DNA of 61,921 nucleotides, filler included, from Sphacelaria rigidula (taxonomy: Eukaryota): NCBI GenBank assembly GCA_964200075.2. It is 6 parts of 6 records of this genome, joined end to end, with 100 filler letters (N's around TTAATTAATTAA, not from the genome) between each part and the next. Parts side by side here need not be neighbours in the genome. Positions count along the whole stretch, not along the records: positions 10,339 to 20,576 come from CAXNAA020006876.1; positions 20,677 to 30,914 come from CAXNAA020006877.1; 4 more parts are not named here. The stretch is one strand, 5' to 3'. The notes beneath the pieces are model-generated. The model searched no databases and was not told where the DNA came from. It was given only the letters and a program-made list of their open reading frames with translations. The first letter of the stretch is position 1; each line of letters begins with the position of its first letter. Positions 10,649-21,260 of this stretch are shown here, in pieces. A program made the translations under genes and the position numbers.

Positions 10649-13600
10649 GATGACTACCCAGGAGCCTCACAAAAAGTGTTCAAGCAGTACAGCGGCGCAC
10701 TGGAGGAAGCATCGAACCTCCTGTTCGAGGAAATCGAAGCAGGACACACGAAAAACGTCCGCAACTCGTTTAATATCGGCGGCGGGTTGAAGTTGGAGAA
10801 AATCATCCTCCAACAGAGCGCGCATGTGAAGCACCACTTCAGGACTCCTCTTATGGCCGCGGCTGCCACGGGAAAGTTCGCTTTGTTCAGGGCCACCCTG
10901 CACGCGATCGATCGGCTTTTCGAGAAAAATGATGAGGGGGTGAGTAGAGTACATGTTGCATTTTTCAATGACACAAAGCATAGAAACGTGCAGCGAAACC
11001 TCGGACAAGGTTCAAGTTACCGGCTATCTGCAGGCACCGTGTACTGCGAGAGCATTGTCTAGTTGATGTTTTTGTAATTCATCGCTCTGGCCAGCATTTC
11101 TTTTTTGGAGGAGACTACACCTGCGGGATGGCGTCACATTCTTTTTCTCGTCGGATTTTACCTGTATGGTGTCGCGGTTTCCTTCCTCGGACTCATGTTC
11201 TAAGTGGTCGTCCACATCGACCAATGATGTTGCGTGATTGTGGTCGTAACGGCTTTTGTGGTACGAATCAAACTTTGGTCACAAGGTTGATGTACCCGAG
11301 AGGAGTGAATCGAAGCGCTCGCTTGAGGAAAGTCGAGTGGAGAAAGGACAACAGGGCAGAGGAAAACGGTGTCCAGCAAGACGTTCATATGCATATTCGG
11401 CCGTAGCGAGCGACCCAACCAGCGTTGCGGGGCTACTTTGGCGATAGCTATCAGTGTGCTCTTTTACCGCGGCCGTACTCACTTCAATCCTTTCAGTCCT
11501 GTCCTTGTCAAAATATATTTTTGAGCTCGAAGGTGTGTAATGCTTGGGAGGTCCGCGAGCTGAGGGGACCGCATCGGAGTTTCAACATCCCTATGGTTAG
11601 GGTTAGGATTGGGGTTGGGATCAAAGGCGTGGTCCCTGCAGGGGCTGGCCCGAGTGGTTTTGAAAAACATCGACCCTGAGGTGTCTTGAACTACGATGCA
11701 GTCCCCTAAGCACGTGGTCCTTTCACACATTACAAGTGCATTTATGGTGTGCGTGCCGTTCAGACACTCGATTGTTATGGCAAAAGCTTCGGTGCTGAGC
11801 TGTCATTGCAAAGTGTGCTGCTTCAACGAGAACACCCGCGAAGAGCATCTCTCAGCAGTGTGTCGCTATATGGCTCACGGTGTGATATGCCTAGATTTGT
11901 ACGGGCCATCTCGATTTCATCTACTCCTCAAAACTATTTGGCAATTGTAGCGTTGACCCCCAGGACTATGGGGTGTAATGCGTGAGAGGACCGCGTGCTT
12001 AGAGGACCGCATCGTAGTCCAAAACACCTCAGGATCGACCCTTTTCAAAACCAATCGGGCCAGTCCCTGCAGGGACCACGCCCATGACCCCAACCCCAAC
12101 ACTAACCCTAATCCTAACCCAAGCCATAGGGGTGTTTAGATTTCGATGCGATCCTCTAAGCACGCTGTCCTCTCACGCATTACAGGGGTCCAAGCCAGCC
12201 AGCCATCCCGCCAAACGTGACACGATGTTACGTCGGGGTTTTTCCATATGTTGCGTGTGTGTGCCTCCAAGCAGGAAAACAGCCGGAAGACGGTGATGAT
12301 GAAACAACTAGAGTTGAAAGACGACTCTGGGATGACTCTGGCGATGATTGCCGCTAGCTCTGGAAACATCGCGACCGTCGGGGCCGTGCTCAGGGAAGCG
12401 CAACAGGCATGTGCACACGTGAACTAGGTTCTTGGATATCCTTCAAAGGAAGCGAAATGGTTGAAATGTTGCGGTGTTGTGGTACGATATCGACGAAGAG
12501 GTTTTTAGCCATCTGTGCGAAGCTTATCCTTGATTAACCCATATTGTTGATTTTCCCGTACGTGCTGTTGGGTTGGTGAAGGATCCCCAAACGCTGCTCG
12601 CGGTGGATTATGACCAGAAGACAGCACTTATTCACGCAGCTATGTCCGGGAGTTCAGCCGTGTTCAACGAAGTGTTGAAAGCGATTCACGAGCACTTCCA
12701 TGACGAAGGGGTGAGCTTATGCATCAGAGTGTTCCATTTGCTACGTCCCATGTATGCAAGATGTATATGTCGGTCGTCAGGCGTGTTCCTCCCGGCAACA
12801 AACGACCATTCAATATCGTTGACACGCTGTTTCTATCGTCCCTGTACAGTGCACCGACATGTTCACCGCAGCTCGGGGCGTAGGTTGTGCTGCGCAATTG
12901 CCCTGGTCAAATGAGAGGTGTCGGGGCACCGGGTGTTATCTTGTGAGCACACCTCCCCGTCATATTCGCTTGCCTCTGACTCTCTGCCATTCGCTTCATA
13001 AATTCAGGTGTACGGCCAACTGGTGACATCCTCGGCGGGACGGAAGACGATTCTCATGCACGCAGTGCGCGCCGGCAACCTCATGGGGCTCAACGCTGTA
13101 CTGACCGGTTGTGAGACTTATCTCCCGCCGAAGAAAGTGGGTATTCGTAGCGTTGTTGGACCAGATGCCGCGGTGCTGACAGATTTGAAAGGCGTAACAG
13201 TGCAAACTAGCAGGGGTGGGCGCGCGAGACCCTGTTTTGTGTCCATATGAGTACATTGAGGTGTTTATTCAAACGGACCCTATTTTGTCTCGTGGCTGTG
13301 TGCCTATTTTGTCTCGTGGCTGTGTGCCTATTTTGTCGCATGGCTAGTGCACACAAAGCGCAACAACGTCAATGAGCAACCTTCACCTACGCGTTTCAAG
13401 TGATACTCTGGTGCTGCATATATACGCGATGGTAGTACGATCATGCATGCGCGTTTCGAGCCATTCCGGACTGCGTTCAAACGTTACATCGGCTGGATGA
13501 TTGCTCTGTAATACTGCATGTGGAATTGTCATGACCATGCATGCGCGTTTCAAACCGCGAGTCGAACTCATCTGAACAAGTCCACGGACAAAATCACTCT

Positions 13601-16600
13601 CTGCTTCAAGTAGGTTCGGCACTTGCTCAAGGTTGAAGACTGCGACGGGGTGACGTTGCTCATGCACTCTATCATCGCTGCCAGAGACAGCACCTACATT
13701 CCAGATGACGTCCGAGTGACTCAGCAGACGCAGATACATCAGACATCTGGGCCAACAGACGGCGCCAACATTGCTCCAGCGCCAAGCGCGTCGGGTCTTG
13801 TGGCGGAAGAACAATCGGTTTCCAGCATGAGCCGTGCTGGCGTATTTGCGCAAGACGTGGAGGCTGCAGTGGGTGCATCCCCCACTGACGCCGCTGTTGA
13901 AACTGCGGCACAATCCACAGGCAACGACTCATCCGCGCCGGCAGGTCATGTTATACATTAGTTTAGTAAATCACTTACTATGCTCGTCGAAGTCGTACGA
14001 CGGCACTCTTCAAAAGTTAAACATTGATTCAAGTTCCGAACAGGCCGCCTTCCACAGCAGGTGATTGGTTCAATTGATTTGGGTCTAATCCTGCTTGTCG
14101 AAGTCAGACACTCTTATGCGCTTTCAAGGTCGGTAACGTACCGCGCTTCTCGTACTTACCGTGGGCAAGGTTTCCCTCGATAAGTGGTTGTGCAAGAGAT
14201 GGGTCGACGAGTAGCGCACAGCTAGTTCAGTTAACCGTACCTTGTCTCCCTTGGCATAAACGCAGTCGCTGGTAGCCCGGGCACCGAACAAACCGAAAAG
14301 AGCGGTGGGGGACGCACACCTACAGCAGCAGACGGAGTGGCAGAGACGCGGACACGCAACGACACCGTTGAGCAACACAAAGATGAGAATTATATGGGAA
14401 GGTCCTCCGTCGTCATGTTCAAGTCTACTTTCAACTTCATCCGCAAGTTTCTGTGGAAGGAGCAGGTGCGACATCCGAAGCAGCACGCACAACCCGACGT
14501 CGTAAACATGTACTTGTTTTGTCCTGTAAGTTAGGGTAGTCGATTTTGTACGGACCCTTAACTGTGTCCAACTCTTTGTTTGTGTTTTTAAATGCATTCT
14601 TTGACGGGTTTTTTTCTTCAACGGGTGTCGCATACCCCACGCGATCGAAAGGTCGAAACGAAATCAGTGAAGCCGAAAAATGGCTGTATCTCGCCCCTCT
14701 TTCCCCGGGCAAAAGCACGTCGAAAACAAAACGTGTTGTCTTCGTCGCCACCACTGTAACTTGGAACTAGAACGTCCCAAGCCTTTTGAACGGCCTCGTC
14801 ATCGTATTTTACCACCCTTTCGCACGTCCCCGCCCTCCGCTGCACCCGCACCACGGTAGGATCCACACTACAGTCGTTCTCGCCTAACTTTCGGAGTGTT
14901 TGGATGTCAAGCTTGAAGATGCGTTGCCGTACATTTTCCAACGTGTCACCGTCGTACTCTTGGTGCTGCTGAAAGATAGTCCTCACTTACGTATCTACCG
15001 TACTCGCGTTCATCCCCCATCCTCGTGGCTTGAAAGATCCAAAGAGGCCCAAGTTATTTTTGTTCACGTTAGGCGACTGAGAAGGCTGAGAGATAATCTC
15101 CATCAACCACCCCCGCCTCCTCCGAACTAAACATCTCCGGACTCGTTCCCTGTGTGAGGCCTGCTGAACAACTACGCGCTTTGAAAGTTGCTACAGTATC
15201 TTGAGCTTGATCGTAGGTTGTAGTTCGTCGAAGGTACCGCATGTGGACGTTCATTTATACATTTCATTGGAAATTCTCGAAGATAACATCAACATATTGC
15301 CAACATTCGGTGTATTTGGACTCATCCTACGTTTTTTTCCTTTTACTAACAGAGCCTGCGCTTCGTCTTTCCAACGAACCCAACTATAACAGCGTCACTT
15401 GAACCGTTATCCCAAACGGCCTAATTCTCGTAACGACCCAACGTACGGAACAGAGGAAGCATACACAAGGACCGTGGCTACACATCTCCGTTGTATGTAC
15501 ACGTTGTGAACGTGAGCGCGATGCCGCTGCGCGAACAGCATGCGACCGATCATCCAGTGTACTGTATGCCGTCACTTTCGGTGGAATGCGTAAGCGGTGT
15601 CACAAAGCTGCAGCCAGACTGAGGAGCTCCTTGGCTGAAACCTGGACACTTCGTCGGAAGCTCGACTATTTCATTGTAAATCCACTCTTGTATCACAACC
15701 GCGACACGATCTACAACACCGGCCTGTAGGAGGATTCATCATCCCTCGCAAGGGCACAGTTCCGTTTGTCTTTCGTGTGCTGCAACAGACAGGGCACACT
15801 GACCTTATTGCGTATCTCTATGGGAAATATTCCCCCCTCGACCCTTCCCACCACCTTTGTCAGATACGCGAGCAAGTGCTGGCAACGGACTCGTGGGGGC
15901 GATCGATCCTCACTCTTGCCGTCAGATCTGGTCACACCAGAGTCTTCGACGCCGTGTTTTATGCCGCGCGGGAGAACGTTCTCGACTACGAGGTTTGTGT
16001 GTTGATCCGCTGCTCACCTCGTAGACGGGATTGCGAAGGCTTGAGAAAAACGTTTCTGCAACGACCTCATACGTGAGAATGCCGTCGATAGGGTGAGCCG
16101 GGTCGATTGTATGCAGTGGATGCTATCGAACTCTTGGGAAACGGACAGATGTTGTACTGCCGCACTCGACTGGCGAGCCGCCACTTGTGTGTACATTCGA
16201 AGCTACGAGCTTGGTAGCGAAATATCGAAGTCGGCGGCTCTCTTGTGTGCTCTACACGCACGGCTTGGAGTCAGAGGCTGGAGCATAGAGATTGCACACC
16301 CTGGATAATAGACAACATCGGCAGGAAGTTTACTGCGTACAGTACAGAAGGTTTCGTCTATTGTAGCAGTCGATACTGTACGCGGTATATGTTTGCCAAT
16401 GTAATATGTTGTCTAGGGTATGAGACTGGCGTGTTTCGGATAAACTGAATAAGAAGTAGTTTCTCTGAAAGCTGAAGTTAATGCAGCGTGGATGAGACCA
16501 ACGTGTGATGTTGACACTGGCGTAAATTGGCATCGATGATTCATCTGAGACTATGATTAGCCCGTATGGCGTTGCCCTGCACCGGTCTTTCTACTCACGA

Positions 16601-18750
16601 TGCCGTGGTGACATGTGCCTGGGCTGACAGGTGGATAAGATGCTAGGTATTGACAAGGACGACGACTCGGAGACTGCAATGGAAGCGGCGCTAACTACCG
16701 CGACATCGGAAATGAAAGATTTGGTGACAAAACGATCGCAGCAACTCAAGGTACAAAAAAGAGACCGGTGTCTACAGTACAACAGCTTGCTACTTATGAT
16801 TTGATGTTTGGTTCGGCGCTATCATGTTGGCTCAGGTGCTCTTTCTCACCTTGACATGGTAGACGGAAGAGATGCATCCATGTTCACTTAGATGCTCCCG
16901 TAATACATGCAGTAGAAATCTCTCAGTCGTAGCTGACCACCCAAGACTGGGCTAGATAAGCGTTTTATAGAACTCGACATCGTGGAACTTGAAAGTTGTT
17001 GAGCCGAGCGGCTGACATATTGTCGGAACAGAAAAACTTCTGCTTCTTCAGAGCTGTCTTCTCACGTTGAGAGCCTGGTGTGGTCTCATCCTGTTGACTA
17101 ATCTAAGCCACCTTCGTGGTTCTCCTTCCCAGAAATCGGTGGCACTCCGGGAGAAGGCGTCGACAATTGAAGCCAAGATCCAGTCCTTCATTCCGGGGAA
17201 GATGATAGTTGTGAGTGATACATGCTACGCAATGCCGCGACGCACTACGGTGAAATGGAAGTAATTATTCATACAAAACTGCAATGTTGGAGTTTCTTGG
17301 GCTCGGTCGTAGGGGAAAGTACACTCACGATCTAGCGAGGCGACAGCGTTCCGTTTCCAGGACACTGTTACTTCAACTCCAGGCTCTTCTCCATGGCACA
17401 TGGCGAAGGCAAGGGCTGCTTATGTAGATGGCTCCACTCAAGGTTGGCTGCAAGGAACATCATGCCTTCCCGGACTCCTCGCCGCGATTATCTCTGTATG
17501 ATCCCGACAAGAGTCCACGGCATTCTTGGACATAGTGCACAGCCGGTTAAGATGAAATATGACGAAAAGTGTTGTCCTCAAAACGATTGGGTTCCAACGT
17601 GACACGTACATTGTTGCCTTCGTTCGCATGACCGTGCTGTCTTTTCAGATATACCAACTGCTCCTACCGGAGGTTACTGATGAAGAGCAAATGTTTTACA
17701 TGCTGCTGATCCTCTGCATCATTGCTCCTGTTCTAGCCTGGGGGAGCAATCTCATCTCGAAAGATTCGTCTTCTGGGCAAGACGGAGCAAGGTGAAGCAA
17801 CTGCATCTTCTCGTCTCGGTATTGAAGCATGGCACTTTTGTGCAACGATTATATGTTGGCGTTGTTCGCGTTATTAGGTATGTTCATTTTCAAGCTGATG
17901 GAATCGGCACCGATAGCGTGGCATCCACAGCACGGGGCTTCATCCATCGTTGAGCTATCCTCCGATAGAGCGGGAGCGTATTAGAGCGACTTCTTGCACG
18001 ATAGAGCTGCTTTGAGCGTCGGTGCGGGCTGCAAATTACTTTTGAATGTGTAGCATCCCACGCATACTTACACCGCTCGGTAACGTTTTGACGCGAAATA
18101 CATGCTCATAACGAGTGGCTGAGCTTGGGTACCACACGTACGAAGTTCTTTGTTGATGACCGATCACATACCCCGCCTCCATCCTACGGAAGGTCCGTGT
18201 TTGTCATGTAAACGCTTCAACACAAAGATACCACCCACCGTACTGTTCTACCCTTTCCACGCGAGCGGATTGAATATCGTCGATGAAATGGACCGCGTTT
18301 AGGTACTTTGTATTTGTGTGTCATCATTCTAAGCGCACCAGAACGTTTTGGTCGAAGTATCCAACTTCCCTGGATCTGATGTGAACGTACGCAAGTATGC
18401 ACACGCTCGGGAACATGCATGTAGATGCTTGTAGAGATATCAAGCAATTGTCCAAACATTTCACACACTCGGCAGCACTACAAGTTCGGGTGGTTTTTAT
18501 TTCGCCTTACCCCCCAATTTCCCTGTTCAACAAACGATTTTCGCGCGAATCCATCAGCAAGACCACGATGGCTATTCTACTTTCTGCACCCGCATTGTTC
18601 TTCTGGGGGATCGGTACGAGCGACGCCGGGAAGATCACTTTGGGTTGGGATCAGTCCCTAAGTGCCGCTGCGTTAGCCGTGGCGACGATAGTCATCCCTG
18701 GTGTGGATGCATTTTTCGCAAGCCAAACAGCGATCCAGTATCTCGACCAG
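10649..18750 (+). CDS. Ankyrin-repeat protein with C-terminal multi-pass (about 4 TM) membrane domain, 5'-truncated
   Basis: In-phase exons 10649-10939, 12275-12406, 12582-12710, 13008-13136, 13614-13944, 14326/29/32-14465, 15864-15992, 16631-16750, 17133-17210, 17649-17791 and 18558-18750, with a possible last exon at 18917-19189. Ankyrin-like motifs: TPLMAAAATG, SGMTLAMIAASSG, KTALIHAAMSG, KTILMHAVRAG, DGVTLLMHS, WGRSILTLAVRSG. Hydrophobic helices occur in the last three exons. Confidence 0.85.
11536..11734. mobile_element. TGT...ACA MITE with internal TTAGGG-like tract (Ginger-like termini)
   Basis: ~40-nt TIRs of the TGTAATGCGTGAGAGGACCGCG type. Flanks ggtg/agtg form a degenerate 4-bp TSD. 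Confidence 0.75.
11974..12184. mobile_element. TGT...ACA MITE, same family, opposite orientation
   Basis: TIRs TGTAATGCGTGAGAGGAC / GTCCTCTCACGCATTACA, perfect 4-bp TSD GGGG, internal CCCTAA-like tract. Confidence 0.85.
14513..15459 (-). mobile_element. Non-autonomous Tc1/mariner (plant-MLE/DD39D-like) deletion derivative in an intron
   Basis: Degenerate CTTCCTCTGT-type TIRs, TA on the left. Minus strand retains YDGDTLENVRQRIFKLDIQTLRKLGENDCSVDPTVVRVQRRAGTCERVVKYD, resembling an MLE transposase C-terminus (TL..V....L...GGN.Y..PH). Confidence 0.7.
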
Positions 18751-20314
18751 GTCAGTGGAAAGGGTATGTGTTTCTTGTTGGCAACAGAGCGATGGCCACA
18801 GTTTGCTATTCAAAAAGCGGAGAAGTAGTGACAGCTATACGTACCCTTCGCAAGGCGCCCATGGGATGTTCACTAGCGAGTTGCAGCACTGCGTTTCCAT
18901 CCATTTGACCACACAGTTGCAGCAGCTGATCAGGTGCTACGGTTTCGATGTTGGCTTCATTAGTGCGATGAAAACCTTCATGCTCACGAACCGCGCGTCA
19001 CCTATTTCCTCTCCCTTAACCGGACCCGAGAATGGGCCGGGGTCCTCCAAGTGTGATCTCATGGCTAAATCAACAATCCCCACGCTTTCCGTTTTGTTTT
19101 CCGCCACCGGGCGCCTGTCCGTTCTTCTGAAATGGTATGGTGGAGCAGTGGTCTTGCGCGAAATGGCGCTTCACCCGAAAGGTGTGTGAAATGGCTGCAG
19201 GACACGCTCATAGGCCCACGCAGTCAAGTTTGTGAATCGATAATGAAAGTCAGACAAGACTCGTGCTGGTGACAATGCCGTGTGCTTCGTGTCCAAGTGA
19301 TCACATAGAGAAAACACGACAGCGCAGCGGGCGATAATGCTCTCTGGCTAGATGTGGAGAATTCGGTGGTGATCCGTGCTCTTCGCGGCGCCGACAGTCA
19401 AATATTCCCTGTGACACGGCGTCTATCGCTTCTTCGACCGTTTTCACCCAGGCGCACGAGAGGTGGGGGCGGGCAAAAAAATCTGACGTGGGAACTCCGA
19501 ACTTCCTTCAGAGAGTCGTGCCACACTTCCAGGTGATGTGCTGAGCTCTTGGGCGCTCATAGCTATCGAAAGGGATCACGGTTGTAGGCAAGTTAGTCGG
19601 CGAACGCATTAGTGTGTGCCGTGGTTGTATCTACGAGCACATGTGGGACTTTTTCGCTGCTCAGCCGGTATGCTGGAGTCGACGGATAACATTCGGAATA
19701 TCCGTACCCACCCACACTTTGAGTAACAGCTCGTGGCATACCACCCCGCCTACACTGTCCCACTTCCTCTGTACTTGTATCATTCCCTTCACCACCCTGC
19801 TATCACCACTCTGCATGCGATACCCCCAGTGCTGCCTACGTTTTCCCTACTTGATTGCTTGTCGTGTACCATCGTCTGCTTCACCTAGAGTGCGAATGAA
19901 GGCCTTGCGAGATCGTGGGACAAATCTGAGGTAACGGCGGCTGCCAAGAGTCGGAGCATTGACAACGAACCTCAACAACAACGGCAACGTGCACCTACAT
20001 CGGCTTCTTCGTGGACAATAGCTGAGGAGAAGCATTGAGTCCGATAACGATTTCTACAGTTGTGATGTTACCAACAATACCTTTTGAGATGGATAACGCT
20101 CAGGGTTGTTATGTAGGCTTTACGCTCCGCGGGGGGGCGGGGTTATTCGGCCACACATTCGTATGTGAAACGTGGTATCGCTTGTGGGCTCGGTTTCTCT
20201 AAGTTGCCACTTAGTACGCCCGAACCACCGTCAGAGTGAGGGTCCACGTCGGGGGACCGTTCTCGAAAGAAAGCCCATAGGACGTGTAACGACAGCCAAC
20301 AAGAGGCGACGTTT

Positions 20315-20458
20315 TCATTTCGTAAGGCGTACCGAGCTATCCGGGTTCCAGGGTTTCAAGGCAAGACAGACGTGTAACGTGAGGTACAAGGCTATCGCGA
20401 ATTCCATTTCAAACTGTTTGAGTAGCTCGGTAGATGAGAGCCCTTCTTCGAGCTCATC
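20315..20458 (-). CDS. Possible isolated exon of an unknown gene
   Basis: ttatag acceptor followed by DELEEGLSSTELLKQFEMEFAIALYLTLHVCLALKPWNPDSSVRLTK*. No recognisable family. Upstream sequence is lost at the scaffold end. Confidence 0.3.
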   Translation of the reverse strand, partial: DELEEGLSSTELLKQFEMEFAIALYLTLHVCLALKPWNPDSSVRLTK

Positions 20459-20863
20459 CTATAACCAGCGCCTTGTCGTGATTCAGTCTGGACAACATGC
20501 AAAGACACATTGGAGTCATCCTACGATAGGGGGGGGGGGGGTATTTTTGGCCATTTGTTGCTCGAAATTTCGAGTCNNNNNNNNNNNNNNNNNNNNNNNN
20601 NNNNNNNNNNNNNNNNNNNNTTAATTAATTAANNNNNNNNNNNNNNNNNNNNNNNNNNNNNNNNNNNNNNNNNNNNTCTCGAAAGGCATGTGTGGTCAAT
20701 GGTCAAACGACTAAGGCAAGCAACAATTGAGTACCCCCACCCCACCCACCCCCCTCCCCGCTCCTCCCCTCATTCGCTTTCTCTTGGCGCGCACCTTTAC
20801 ACCTGCTTCCCCCCCCCCCGCGAATCTCGAATACCCTCATACAAGCGGGAGGGAATCCCGCAG

Positions 20864-21225
20864 CCACACCTCCCGCACCGCATGAATCCAAACTGCGCCT
20901 TCTGTCGGTGGCCGGATGCCGGGGAATCACCGACGCGGGCGTCATCCGTATCGGTGAGTCTTTGTCCGCATCGCTGCGGGAATTCGACATCTCGGGCACG
21001 TCCGCAACAGAGGAAGGACTTGTGCGGATATGCGGGAAGGGGGTTGACGGCCAGCGGCTAGGCAGGAAGATTCGCCTGCAGAAGATCTCGTTGCCCATGT
21101 ACGGCCGTGGTATATCGGCCGCGGGTCTGAGCGCCATCACGGGGTCGATGGTGGAGTTGACCTCCCTGGACCTTGAGGGGTGTAACGGCCCGGACGTAAA
21201 TTCCCGAGCGCTTGCGGGTGAGTTG

Positions 21226-21260
<35 letters not shown>

